From NCBI RefSeq assembly GCF_006345805.1, contig NC_043013.1, positions 7,378,001 to 7,442,000 of the forward strand: a stretch of 64,000 nucleotides of DNA. The letters are read 5' to 3'. The translations under genes and the position numbers were made by a program. This document shows positions 1 to 13,784 of this stretch, one piece after another (within the stretch, counting starts at the first letter, position 1; each line of letters opens with the position of its first letter). This DNA is from Octopus sinensis. Its lineage: Eukaryota. The notes under the pieces are model-generated. The model was not told the origin of the DNA. It was given only the letters and a program-made list of their open reading frames with translations, and ran no database searches.

Positions 1-66
1 ATGGAGAAAGAAACACACCCTTCCTCGCTACTTCTGATTAAGAAATGCTTCTGTTTACTTTTCCAG

Positions 67-263
67 GTCGTTAATATATCCTCATCAGTCACAGCTATAA
101 AGAAGAATCTTACCCAAATCTGGATGGACTTGGAAAATGGACACAACAAATTCTTTGACTTGGATTCCAATGCTGAAACCAAAGAGGAAGTTGTTGCCTG
201 TCTAATTCAGTATATAACGGCACACCATTATCTTGAGGCTATACAGTTGTTACGTCTTTTCAG
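67..263 (+). CDS. TIMELESS-like gene, internal exon (gene begins upstream of the window)
   Basis: Acceptor ttttccag|GTC at 66/67 and donor AG|gtgaca at 263/264 (phase 2). Encodes VVNISSS...FFDLDSNAETKEEVVACLIQYITAHHYLEAIQLLRLF. Joined to the next exon it reads AIQLLRLFRSEWPADIFGS..DDDIQVLLNI, resembling my recollection of the TIMELESS mid-region (ALTLLRSAREVWPEGDVFGS..EEEIQLLKQI). A weaker resemblance to condensin NCAPD2 cannot be excluded. Confidence 0.6.
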
Positions 264-334
264 GTGACAAATCTTATAGAAATATCTGTCCTCAGTGACT
301 GGCATTTCAGGCTTTTGTGTTTGTGTGTATATAT

Positions 335-541
335 CTGTCTGTCTGTCTGTCTGTATGTATGTATGTATGTATGTATGTGTGTATGTATGTATGTATGTAT
401 GTGTGTATGTATGTGTGTGTGTATGTATGTATGTATGTATGTGTGTGTGTATGTATGTATGTATGTATGTATGTGTGTGTATGTATGTATGTATGTGTGT
501 GTGTGTATGTGTGTATATGTATGTATGTGTGTATGTATGTA

Positions 542-574
<33 letters not shown>

Positions 575-575
575 G
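335..575. repeat. Compound (TATG)n/(TG)n microsatellite
   Basis: Directly visible; source of the YVCM/HTYI pseudo-ORFs. Confidence 0.95.
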
Positions 576-1022
576 CATGCAGATTTGTATATTTTGTTTT
601 ATGTATGTATTCTCATACATACAGTTGCATGCCTAGACATGCTCATGTATACTTAAGTGATAAACTTCTGGAAAGCTTTACAGATTTTTACAGTTCCAGT
701 GATGGATCTGTTGTCTTTTAATCAGCTTTCTCCGTTCTGGTTTTATGTATGTGTGTGTGTGTGTGTGTCTCTGTTTGTTTGTTTTTACAGTCATTATTCC
801 ATGCTGGGTCATAACATTACAATCAGTAATGAAGGTGTAAAAATAATCAGGTAGATGAACATTGAGTGTGCATAACATACATCACCCATACACACACACA
901 CACACGTGGACATATAGATACATACACACACATAATACAACATATTTATCTGTGTGTATGTGTGTCTGTGTAGGTGTGTGTGTAAACAAACACAGCAAGC
1001 TGTATGTACATAATATCTCTCT

Positions 1023-1071
1023 CTATATATATACATGCATACATATATATATATACATATATATATATTAT

Positions 1072-1104
<33 letters not shown>

Positions 1105-1162
1105 ATATATATATATATATATATTATATGATATATATATATATATATATATTATATATTAT

Positions 1163-1194
<32 letters not shown>

Positions 1195-1429
1195 ATATAT
1201 ATTATATATATATATAATATATAATATATAATATATTATATTATATTATATATATATTATATATATATTATATATATTATATATATATTATATATATATA
1301 TATTATATATATATATATATTATTATATATTATATATATTATATATTATATATATATATATATATTATATGTATTATATATATATAATATATATTATATG
1401 TATATATATATATATATTATATGTATATA

Positions 1430-1509
<80 letters not shown>
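1023..1509. repeat. (TA)n-rich microsatellite, ~490 bp
   Basis: Directly visible, intronic. Confidence 0.95.
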
Positions 1510-1512
<3 letters not shown>

Positions 1513-1552
1513 TAAATATGTATATATCATAATTTTTTTTTGGTTGTTTCAG

Positions 1553-1647
1553 ATCTGAATGGCCTGCTGATATATTTGGGTCTACTTCAGATGATGACAT
1601 TCAGGTTTTGCTCAATATTTATTGCTGTTCTTTGGCAGAAAATAACA
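1553..1647 (+). CDS. TIMELESS-like gene, internal exon
   Basis: Poly-T tract and tttcag|A at 1552/1553; donor A|gtaagt at 1647/1648. Phase 2 in, phase 1 out. Encodes (R)SEWPADIFGSTSDDDIQVLLNIYCCSLAENN in frame with the previous exon. Confidence 0.7.
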
Positions 1648-2093
1648 GTAAGTGGTCTTCATATATCATTTTGTTTTGATGTTCGGTCTTTAGTATAATT
1701 TTTGCCTGCTTCTTTCTTTCTTTGTAAATGACATGTGTATGCAGAAACAGAAAAATATATGCAATCATATCATTTAAATGTGTGCTAACTGGGAACAAAA
1801 CTTATGGTCTTTTTATAAGAAAAGTAATTAACTATATTGATGCTCATAAGCCATATAATATAATCTCTTTGTATTATATTATGAATATAAATATATATGT
1901 ATTATGTCAAAGAATTGTAATCTCAGTTGTTGACTTTTTTTAATTGAAAATTTAGACAATTTAATAATACTTCGTCTATAGCAAGATACCGGTTTCTGCC
2001 TCTTTGTCTCTCTTATTTCTTTATTGCCCACAAGGGACCAAACATAGAGGGAACAAACAAGGACAGATAAAGGGATTAAGTCGATTACATCGA

Positions 2094-2223
2094 CCCCATT
2101 ATTATCATCATCACCACCATTACTATTATCTTGATTCTAAGTTCCCAGGCTTGGCCCTTGATGTCACACTCCCTACTTACAACTTCACTATTTAGTGTCA
2201 TGTACTAATCTGGGCATAATTCT
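2094..2223. repeat. 130-bp segment, inverted copy of 5997-6126
   Basis: Reverse complement matches 5997-6126 with 5 mismatches in 130 nt (manual count). Confidence 0.9.
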
Positions 2224-2403
2224 GGTTCCATGGCATCTTTCCTGTATAAAACATTTCCGACTTCATTACTGATTGTAATGTTATGACCCAACTATGAAGC
2301 TAGTCATATGGCATTACGAGACCAAGTTGGTACTAGCTCAAATTTATACAACTCTATTCATTCAAGATGATACAGTTGCTTTTACAGCACTTAGTAGACC
2401 TAC

Positions 2404-2436
<33 letters not shown>

Positions 2437-2443
<7 letters not shown>

Positions 2444-3460
2444 ATGCGTGTGTACGAACAGCCATGCTACATGGCAGTGAAACATGGGCCGTGACTGCTG
2501 AGGATATGCGTAAGCTCGCTAGAAATGAAGCCAGTATGCTCCGATGGATGTGTAATGCCGGTACTCACACTCGGCAGAGTGTAAGTACCTTGAGAGAAAA
2601 GCTGGACCTAAGAAGCATCAGTTGTGGTGTGCAAGAGAGACGTTTGCGCTGGTATGGTCATGTGGCGAGAATGGATGAAGATAGTTGTGTGAAAAAGTGC
2701 CACACCCTAGCGGTTGAGAGAACCTGTGGAAGAGGCAGACCCAGGAAAACCTGGACGAGGTGGTGAAGCACGACCTTCGAACTTTAGGTCTCACTGAGGA
2801 AATGACTAGAGACCGAGACCTCTGGAAGTGTGCTGTGCGCGAGAAGACCCGGCAGGACAAGTGAGTCCATAACCCATGGCCTTCTACATGGGATGGAGCC
2901 AGCCTACGTATGCATACCTTCCCTTCTTGGGACACAAAACTCTACATGTGAAGATGTGATGAGGCAAGTGAGGATCAGAATCGAAATCGATCAATGGAAA
3001 TTGCGGATGTGCTACCAGTGCCGGTGGCATGTCGAAACTCTGCTTGTGAAGACCCGTTGAGGCAAGTGACGATCAGAATCGAAATCGATCAATGGAAATT
3101 GCAGATGTGTTACCAGTGCCGGTGGCATGTAAGAGAACTTTCCGTTTCGCGACCGTTGCCAGCACCGCCCCATTTCGTGTCCGTTGCCAGCTTCGCCTGG
3201 CCCTCGTGCCGGTGGCACATAAAAAGCACCATCCGTTCGTGGCCGTTTGCCAGCTCTGTCTGGCACCAGTGCGGGTGGCACGTAAAAAGCACCCACTACA
3301 CTCACGGAGTGGTTGGCGTTAGGAAGGGCATCCAGCCGTAGAAACACTGCCAGATTTGACTGGGCCTGATGAAGCCTTCTGGCTTCACAGACCCCAGTAG
3401 AACCGTCCAACCCATGCTAGCATGGAAAACGGACGCTAAACGATGATGATGATGATGATG

Positions 3461-3461
<1 letters not shown>
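2437..3461 (+). mobile_element. 5'-truncated RTE-clade LINE (ORF2 C-terminus, 3'UTR and (GAT)n tail)
   Basis: LHGSETW...RRLRWYGHVARM...GRGRPRKTW is the typical RTE C-terminal region. The 3'UTR has GTGCCGGTGGCAC repeats and ends in (GAT)n. Confidence 0.9.
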
Positions 3462-3499
<38 letters not shown>

Positions 3500-3500
3500 T

Positions 3501-5048
<1,548 letters not shown>

Positions 5049-5050
5049 AA

Positions 5051-5091
<41 letters not shown>

Positions 5092-5996
5092 GAGACTGAT
5101 TACATATAATGTGAGTGTTCATAAATATATCTTTTATCTTTTGCTGATTACAGCCATTAGACCGTGGCCACAATGGGGCACCACCTTGAAGTATTTTAGT
5201 GAAATGAATTAATTGCAATATTAATTTTATTTTAAGCCTGATACTTAATTTATCAGTCTCTTTTGCTGAACTGCTTAGTTACAAGGGATGTAAACACATC
5301 AACACTAGTTACCCAGCAGTGGTGGTGGTGGTGGAGGCAAACAGGCACAAAGACACACACACATGCACAATGGGCTTCTTTCAGTTTCCATCTACCAAGT
5401 CCACTCACAAGGTATTGGTTGGCCTGAGGCTTCAGTAGAAGACAAGTGCCTAAGTGCTATGCAGTGGGACTGAACCCTGGAACCATGTGGTTGGGAAGCA
5501 AACCTCTTACCACACAGCTACACTTGTACCAACGTACAACAAAATGCAACATAAGGCTTGTAAATTAATTCTATGCAATAATATTGTCACTGTTGGAGAA
5601 AATGTTTGGATTTAATTACCCATTAGCTCACAGTTATGATCTTGGTCTTATAAAGCAACAGAAAAAAAAATAATTTCTTTAAGAAAATAAATCACTCAAG
5701 CTGGTTACATGGAGATACCACCTGCATGGAAAACAATAAATTTTTATTTCTGAATACGCTAATATGTTATACCTAGGTGTGACTGTGAGGTTAAGAAGCT
5801 TGCTTCCAAACAATATCATTTCCAATTCATTCTCACTGCATGGTGTCTTGGGTAAGTGTCTTTCTTCAGTTATAGCCCTAGACCGATCAAAGCCTTGTGA
5901 GCAAAATCTGACACACGCACACACACATACACATGAAATTTGACCGGTGACTGCTACTGCTGCCATCTGTTGTTGCTTTTAGCTTAAGAGGCAGAG

Positions 5997-6126
5997 AGAA
6001 TTATGCCCAGATTCGTACATGACACTAAATAGTGAAGTTGTAAGTAGGGACTGTGACATCAAGGAACAAGCCTGGGAACTTAGAATCAAGATAATAGTAA
6101 TGGTGATGATGATGATAATAATGGGG
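5997..6126. repeat. 130-bp segment, inverted copy of 2094-2223
   Basis: See 2094-2223. Confidence 0.9.
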
Positions 6127-6580
6127 AATATTTAAGATAATGAAATCCCGTTATCTTTTCCATCTTTTCAGCTTTGGATCCCAAAAGTTAGAATTCTTGA
6201 TCATGATTCTGATGTTGATTTCTGTAAGGTGGTTGGTGTTAGGAAGGGCCTCCAGCTGTAAAACCATGCCAAAACAGACAGTGAAACACCTGGTGCTGTC
6301 TTCTTCCTAGCCAGCTCCTGTTAAATATCCAATCCATGCCAGCATGGAAAATGGACAGTAAATGGTGATGATGATGATGAATGAGCTATTGTTGATGGTA
6401 GTAATGAAGACGAGGGGGAAGAGGGGAAGGAGGGCTGTGTTGATTATATTGGGTTTTTTTTAGGTGATCTAATAATGTTGTTTATGCTAGAGGTGATGTT
6501 GATGATGGTAATGAATAATGATAATTATTAATGATGAAATGACTAATCAACTTACCAAGTTTTTTTTTTATTATTTGCAG

Positions 6581-6711
6581 GTGTGTTTGTGGCGACCCTG
6601 TGTGAATCTGGTACCAGTCAGATTGCAAATAACTTGATGGAACTCAACGCTACACTCTCTTTGCTTAGTTCCTCCTTGGTGGGCCGGGGCAATAAACCAC
6701 GGAATGTATAA
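6581..6711 (+). CDS. TIMELESS-like gene, probable terminal coding exon
   Basis: Branch-like CTAAT at ~6543, poly-T tract, ttgcag|GT at 6580/6581. The phase-1 frame reads (S)VFVATLCESGTSQIANNLMELNATLSLLSSSLVGRGNKPRNV* with TAA at 6709-6711. AATAAA/ATTAAA follow at ~6799-6853. Confidence 0.5.
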
Positions 6712-7891
6712 AGAAATGAAGTTCTCAACTCACTCATCTTTCTCTTAACAGCTCAATCTTGTCTCCCAGATCACTACATCTCCCTCTCCAAACTACTAAA
6801 TAAAAATCACCATTTTACCAAGTCTTTCTCTGTGATTATTAAATTGTATTAAACAATTTTCATTAATATTTTATTCCGGTGTAAAGAAAAAAAATGAGAA
6901 AAGCCTTTCAGAAACATTTTTTCTTTTATTGTTGTTTGTTTGTTTTTGGAATTATATCATAAACGTTAAAATCAAAATAGTCTTTGTTTTTCTTTTTCTT
7001 ATTTTGTTCCATTTTCATACAATATTCTATTACTGCTATGATAAAAGCATGTATGCATGCATGTGTGTATGTATGTATGTGTATATAGATATATGTATAT
7101 GTATATAGATATATGTATGTATATAGATTGACACATACGCACAAATGAATTGACTTCTTTGAGTTTCCAATTACCAAATCCACTCACAAGGCTTTGGTTG
7201 GCTGGTGTCATGGTAGAAAACACCTACTCAAGGTGACATGATGTGGGACTGAAACCAAGACCTTGTGGCTGAAAAACAAATGTCTCAATCTCACAGCAAT
7301 ACATGCTTTCTATATACACGTCAAAAGTAAATAGACACCTCATTATACTATTTTATTTGTGAAGACACTACTCATTAGTATGATGCTCAAATGGGTTTAA
7401 ATCATTCAAAACTGCACAAAGCAAGTCTACTGGAAACCTAATATAGTCGCCAGTAGACAACTTACCAACTAAATTTATCAGGAAGTTGGTGGAACTGCCA
7501 GTAACTGATGCTTTGAATCATTATACAGTACGATCATCATCATCTTTATAATTCAATGTCTGTATTCTATGATATCATGGATTGTACCATCATCTTTTTA
7601 GCATCAGATTTTCCATGCTTGCATGGCTTAGATGGAAGTCACTGCAAGAGATTTTCTTCAACCAGATACCCTTCTTACTACCAGCTCTCACCTATTCCTA
7701 TCTTTTTCACTCAAGGATTGGTCTTCTGAATTAGCAACATTATCATAGAGGAACCACTCACTCATGAGAAAATTGAAATTCTCAGACATGGGATACAGCT
7801 GGTTATGATGATGATGATGAGATATATATATATATATATATATAATATATATATATATATACATGTATTTATATATATATATATGTATATA

Positions 7892-7945
<54 letters not shown>

Positions 7946-8190
7946 AATAATACTAAGGGTAAAATTAATTAATTAATTAGTAATTAATAATTCTACCAAG
8001 CAGTGTTCAGTATGTAAAAGGACCATTTACAGTAAATTTAAACATTACTTTATATAATTAGGGTTCACCAAAAAAATTTGCTTTACCACATACCAAACTT
8101 TTAGAAATAGCAGCCAAAGAATTTAGCTATTTCCTCTACTATAAGAAGAGTCGCCCAGACAATGTATACTCAAAAACAATTCACGTAGGC

Positions 8191-8484
8191 CAGAGTGAGA
8201 CAAAAATCGAAGGCTGTGAAAGATTTCAGAACATTTATAAAGAGAAGGTCTTACAGCTGTTTCTGGGATATTTCATATATCCCTTCATCAGAGATGGTGT
8301 GAGAAAATGGTTAAGCAATAGTTATTCTAAATAAGATATGAAATAGAGAATAATTATTGCTTAACTATCCTCTCACACCGTCTCCGGTGAAGGGATATAT
8401 AAAATATCCCGGAAACAGCTGCAAGATCTTCTATTTATAAATGTTCTAAAATCTTTCACAGCCTTCGATTTTTATCTCACACTG
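8191..8484. repeat. Long palindrome (138-bp arms, 18-nt loop) of Penelope-like terminal sequence
   Basis: 8191-8328 is the reverse complement of 8347-8484 with scattered substitutions. Each arm carries a hammerhead-like motif. Confidence 0.85.
8249..8294 (-). ncRNA. Minimal type I hammerhead ribozyme motif (Penelope-type)
   Basis: Minus strand reads tct CTGATGA a GGGATAT atgaa ATATCCC a GAAA CAGCTG TA aga: intact core, 7-bp helix II, palindromic helix III region, 3-bp helix I. Confidence 0.6.
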
Positions 8485-8631
8485 AAATTTTTTTTTTTTT
8501 TTTATATATATACACATGCTGATATATGACCTATGTTGGACTCTTCATTCGCATAATCACCAAACCTGGAGCTTAACTATGGTCTGTCCATATCACTTAC
8601 TCAGCATTACCTGACACCATTACCTCTCATA

Positions 8632-8665
<34 letters not shown>

Positions 8666-9065
8666 TGTTGATCAGTATATTACTGGTTATGCTATATAAT
8701 TAGACAGAGTGTTACAATCTGTTTCATGCAAACTACCACTCTTTTGATGATTAAGAGTAATCCATCTTGGCCAAGAACAATAGTTGACACAAAACCAACA
8801 GTAACATTTTTAACACTTATACACCATAATATACTGTTTGACAATATATAAAAATATCACTTCAATGTTACTCATATTGAGTAAACATCTCTTTCTGACG
8901 TCTGGACAACAAAAAATATAATATGAGGGGCATCCAGCTTTAGAAACCAAGCGAATTCAGACTGGAACCTGGTGCAGCTCTCTTGTTTGCAAGTTCTGGT
9001 TAAACCAACCAACCCATGCCAGCATGAAAAACGACATTAAAAGATGATGATAATGATATAAATAT

Positions 9066-9962
9066 ATAGACCATATTTGGGCTAAATTTGACAATTTGCA
9101 TAAAAGGGAAAGCAAACATGATATGCCATCCAATAATAAAAGTTTTTAAAATTAAATCAAATAATATCAACTACATTATGGCTGGAAGATAACAATTTAC
9201 TCAAAGTAACCACCCTCAGCTTCCACCATAGTCTCAAGACATCTCTGGAACCTTGCATGTGCAGTCTTCACTGTGTTCCTGAGAAGATCTTCAAACACCT
9301 TGATCTTGGCCACCAGCTCAGCTTTGGTGTTGCAGGCAGAGAGGCTGATGTCCTTCTCGACTAATCCTCACACAGTAATTCATAGGATTACAATCAGGCG
9401 AACTAAGAGGCCACAAATTGGGAGTGGTGAAGTTGTAGAAATTCTCTGACAACCACTTCTCACTCTCTCTGGAGGAAGGGAAGAAGGTGAATCCGGTTGC
9501 TACACACATGACCTTCCAGTAGTGACCCTCTTCAGCCAGGATTTGACCACAGTCTCCAGCAGATTCACATAGGCATCTGAATCGAGTTTAAGGCCCTGTT
9601 CAAAGATATGGGGCAGCATGACATCAGCTCACTGGATAGACACCCAAGAACCATAACATTTTGGAGGAACTTGGATTCTATGATGTCCATGTCATGTCTT
9701 ATGGCCTTTACAGTATTCACAGAGCATTGAGCAGCAACCATGATGTCACCATTTTGATACCAGGTGTAAACCACCATGATACAGGTAACTTTTTTTCCAA
9801 TATTCAGATGGCTTTCAGTACTCTGTGTCAGCTAACTTTTCCTCAGCTACAACTTCCATCTTTATGTTCTCCAACACTGTCGACTGTTCACTAATACATG
9901 AAGCTGTTCCTGAAAAAAAGAAGATATGAAAAAATGTCAAATTTAGACTGAATACCCATTTA
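9066..9962 (-). mobile_element. Degenerate Tc1/mariner-superfamily DNA transposon
   Basis: Transposase motif WPLSSPDCNPMNYCV (cf. WPPxSPDLNPxDY). Residual TIR core CTAAATTTGACA at 9082-9093 and inverted at 9935-9946. Confidence 0.8.
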
Positions 9963-10168
9963 TATATTCGGAGTGGTTGGCGTTAGGAAGGAGGGCATCC
10001 AGCTGTAGAAACACTGCCAGATCTGACTGGCCTGGTGCAGCCTTCGGGCTTCCCAGACCCCAGTTGAACCGTCCAACCCATGCTAGCATGGAAAGCGGAC
10101 GTTAAACAAACGATGATGATGATATATATATATGTGTATATATATGTAATAATAACTATAATTATTTG

Positions 10169-10462
10169 GAGACGCAATGGCCCAGTGGTTAGGGCAACGG
10201 ACTCGCAGTTGTAGGATCATGGTTTCGATTTCCAGACCGGGTGGCATGAGTGTTTATTGAGCGAAAACACCTAAAGCTCCACGAAGCTCCAGCAGGAGGA
10301 GGTGGCGAACCCTGCTGTACTCTTTCACCACAACTTTCTCTCACTCTTTCTTCCTGTTTCTGTTGTACCTGTATTTTAAAAGGGCCAGCCTTGTCACACA
10401 CTGTGTCATGCTGAATCTCCCCAAGAACTACTTTAAGGGGTATACGTATCTGTGGAGTGCTA
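10169..10462 (+). mobile_element. tRNA-derived SINE (family 3)
   Basis: A box TGGCCCAGTGG and B box GGTTTCGATT. Related copies at 45385-45599 (-) and 53173-53480 (+). Confidence 0.8.
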
Positions 10463-10683
10463 TGCATCTTTTTGGGTGGTGGGGGAAGGGGGGGTCTGGT
10501 TGAAAAGGCAAGGTCCCTGGCCTTTTCCGCTCCACTCCACTTCCATCCAGCCACTAGATCAATGACATTGATACCATTAATGTTCCTCTTGAATCTTTGT
10601 AAGCCAATACCAGCAGAAAAGACGTGACCAATGGCTGGTGGATGAATACTGAATTCCAGATGAATGATGTTGCACACACGCAT

Positions 10684-11073
10684 ACTCTTTACTCTTTTAC
10701 TTGTTTCAGTCATTTGACTGCAGCCATGCTGGAGCACTGCCTTTAGTCGAGTAAATCGACCCCGGAACTTATTCTTTGTAAGCCCTTTTTGCCGAACTGC
10801 TACATGACAGGACATAAACACACCAGCATCGGTTGTCAAGCAATGCTAGGGAGACAAACACAGACACACAAACATACACACACATACATACATATATATA
10901 TACACATATACGACAGGCTTCTTTCAGTTTCCGTCTACCAAATCCACTCACAAGGCATTGGTCGGCCCAAGGCTATAGCAGAAGACACTCGCCCAAGATG
11001 CCATGCAGTGGGACTGAACCCGGAACCATGTGGTTGGTTAGCAAGCTACTTACCACACAGCCACTCCTGCACC
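10684..11073 (-). mobile_element. SINE family 1 copy
   Basis: Same head, core and tail as 12657-13046. Confidence 0.9.
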
Positions 11074-11509
11074 TATGTGCACATACGACAGGCTTTTTTC
11101 AGTTTTCATCTACCAAATTCACTGACAAGACTTTGCTTGGTTTGGGGGTTTAGTAGAAGATACTTACTCAGGGTTCCACACAGTGGGATGGAACCTGAGA
11201 CCAGACAGTTGAAAATCAAGCTTCTCATCCTCACAGCCAAGCCAAGCCTTTATTTATAGTACTGAAATTAGCCCACATACACAAACATAAAAATGAAATA
11301 TGAGGATTCTGATAAGATGATTGTACATCTGATGGTGATGGTACATCTGATGGTGATGGTTAAATTTGTGCATCCATCACCTTGCCGCAGAACCTTCTGT
11401 GAAATCCAAATGTCCAGTTTTTCCATGTAGCCCCTAAAATATGTACTATGATCTCTTGTGGGGATCACTAAATTAGATGGTATGGCTAGTTTCACCAATG
11501 GATTGAGAT

Positions 11510-12297
11510 TTGCAGAGTTTGATGGAGATATGATTATTGTCCTGACCGATGAGCCCAAATTTGGACAAGGACTTGAACATCATCCTGGAAAACATACTGA
11601 GGGTGACACTAGAAGGAAGATAAGAGCCATGATGCAAATGGTATAGCCAGCATACGAAGATACCTTTGATGTGAAGGAAAGAAAAAACAAGCAGAACAGC
11701 CCTAGTATGAGGTATTGTCAGATGGCTGGGTTGATGAAAAAGCTAAGGCAGCTGAAGAAAAGGCGGAAAGAAGCAGATGGTAAAAGAAAAGTGACTTTAA
11801 ACCAATTTACTGTGAAGTTATGAAGAAAACCTGCTCCAGATTCGGAGAGCAAAGTCACTTCATAAAAAAATATAGAGTGAAAAGGGGAGTCAAAGGAAGA
11901 CCTTTTTTAACCACTCCTTCCATTTCACTGCTGACCTCCTCAGTGAGTCAAAAAGTGGGAGGTTAATATGCTCAAAACAAGAAGAGGTAGAGTGCAGAGT
12001 AGCAGCAACACATGGTGACCCCAGAAGAGACATACCATAAGGAAATTGTCCCTTTCCACTGCCAATGATCAATCTCCACATCTCCTTTGATATGGCAGAC
12101 TTAACTTTCGATGAAGTGGGGACGGTGGTGGTAAAAACTCGTGAAGGTTCTGCTCCCGAGCCATCTGGTACCACATATAGAATTTTTAAAAATTACCAAC
12201 TACAGTTAAGAGAGCTAGCAAGACTTTTATGTTCAGTCTGGAAGAAGAATCAGGAACTCTGGCACTGGACACTCACTGCACATTGTTTTGTTCCAAA
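11510..12297 (+). mobile_element. Degenerate non-LTR retrotransposon fragment (R2/Hero-like, region N-terminal to RT)
   Basis: TFDEVGTVVVKTREGSAPEPSGTTYRIFKN...VWKK...W...FVPK resembles the SAPGPSG.PY.VYK...W...IPK segment of RLE-type LINEs. Frameshifts and stops are present. Confidence 0.7.
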
Positions 12298-12380
12298 ATA
12301 ATAATAATAATAATGATGATGATGACGACGACTTCGAAAAATACCTTAGGAATGAGAACCCAGGCTCGAAATTTCCCCGA

Positions 12381-12426
12381 GACTCCTGATGAAGGCTGGA
12401 GGGTATATCAACTGAAACGTTGGGTT
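12381..12426 (+). ncRNA. Minimal hammerhead-like motif in a Penelope-type repeat
   Basis: gactc CTGATGA a ggctg-10nt-caact GAAAC GTT gggtt. Helix I is gactc/gggtt, the helix III region is the palindrome AACGTT, and helix II has one mismatch. Confidence 0.5.
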
Positions 12427-12656
12427 AACAACAAACAAGATGAGGACAAATATCCGTCAAATGTAAATAATGTAAATAATGTACATAATTCCTCATCTCT
12501 TAAATATAGAACTATACTTATGCTACATGTACAATTTTGTGATTCCAATTATAAATGAAAATTGTGTAACAGGGAATAAATAATACCAAAAAGTTTTCCA
12601 GATGCCTATTTTGTTATATAATAACAACGGAAACAATATTTCCAGAATTTTCAATA

Positions 12657-13046
12657 GGCGCTGGAGTGGCTGTGTGGTAAGTAGCTTGCTAACCAACCAC
12701 ATGGTTCCGGGTTCAGTCCCACTGCGTGGCATCTTGGGCAAGTGTCTTCTGCTATAGCTCCGGGCCAACCAATGCCTTGTGAGTGGATTTGGTAGACGGA
12801 AACTGAAAGAAGCCCGTCGTATATATGTGTATATATATATATGCGTGTGTGTGTTTGTCCCCCTAGCATTGCTTGACAACCGATGCTGGTGTGTTTACGT
12901 CCCCGTCACTTAGCGGTTCGGCAAAAGAGACCGATAGAATAAGTACTGGGCTTACAAAGAATAAGTCCCGGGGTCGATTTGCTCGACGAAAGGCGGTGCT
13001 CCAGCATGGCCGCAGTCAAATGACTGAAACAAGTAAAGAGAGAGAG
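12657..13046 (+). mobile_element. Full-length SINE family 1 (tRNA head, CORE-like domain, internal TA/TG microsatellite)
   Basis: A box TGGCTGTGTGG, B box GGTTCAGTCCC, CTTGGGCAAGTGTCTT core. About 20 copies or fragments occur in the window. Confidence 0.92.
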
Positions 13047-13529
13047 TAATGTCTACCTCACATCAATAATACACCGACGACGACGACTACATACTGGATT
13101 ATGATACTGCAATAATCATCAGATATGCTTCAAGAAAACACAGCTTGGATTTTTCCCTAACCTGCATTATAAAAACGTATGAATATAAATCATTAAACAG
13201 TGACATTAGAGTTATCTTCCTTGAACTAATTCGTGACGCTGCGAGAATCCAATTAACCTATAATGAACCGGTCCGTTTTTTATTCCTGGCATTGTCTATA
13301 CTGGTTTGCATGATCCTATGTATCATATCCTATAAGGTGCGACATAGGAAAGATTTAACTACTATTTCTTGCACGGCCAACCACATAGAGGGTTCCGTGT
13401 TGACAAGTGTTTGTATACCAAATCAATGTAAGTCGCATTTCCAGTTTTTTTTCCCGTTCTTCTCATTCACCTCACATTTTATAACTATTTCTAAAAGTTT
13501 ATATAAAAAGTTGGTAATTTTAGATCATT

Positions 13530-13690
13530 AAATAGTGTGAAAATAGTATTAAATATACGTTTAGTACTGGTAGACGCTTCTATTTCTAATTTTCTTTATA
13601 TTTCATCTATTTCGTCATCTTTATGCAGAAGGCGAGCCCAGAAATGTTTATTTACCATTACGTTACAAATACCTTGTCTCGACAGGTAGG
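13530..13690 (+). promoter_or_regulatory. Candidate promoter / non-coding first exon of gene A
   Basis: Unique sequence alignable to 56030-56155 (reverse complement) upstream of gene B. TATATAAA at ~13500 and donor-like CAG|gtaggt at 13685/13686. Confidence 0.35.
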
Positions 13691-13784
13691 TTGATTAATC
13701 CAAAAGCGTGCGTAAGTTAGTTAGATGTGTTTGGGTTCTCTTCATTGTTTAGTAGTAAATGCTGAGACAGATAGAATGATGTTA

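Noticed and set aside
1-66. ATG at position 1 as a start codon of the 88-aa ORF
   Set aside because: A pyrimidine-rich acceptor (tttacttttccag) ends at 66 and the peptide resembles an internal protein region, so 1-66 is probably intron.
6172-6228. Possible extra exon after ttttcag at 6171
   Set aside because: The phase-1 frame hits TAG after six codons and the region runs into a repeat tail; at most a minor alternative end.
10189-11259. 216-aa and 156-aa ORFs
   Set aside because: Chance read-through across adjacent SINEs; the same pseudo-peptides recur at every SINE copy.
12657-12730. tRNA gene calls at SINE heads
   Set aside because: A and B boxes are present but continue into SINE bodies, without a complete cloverleaf.
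13145-13531. 128-aa ORF with a hydrophobic stretch
   Set aside because: TTG start, AT-rich, no recognisable motif or splice support; lies in the probable promoter region.
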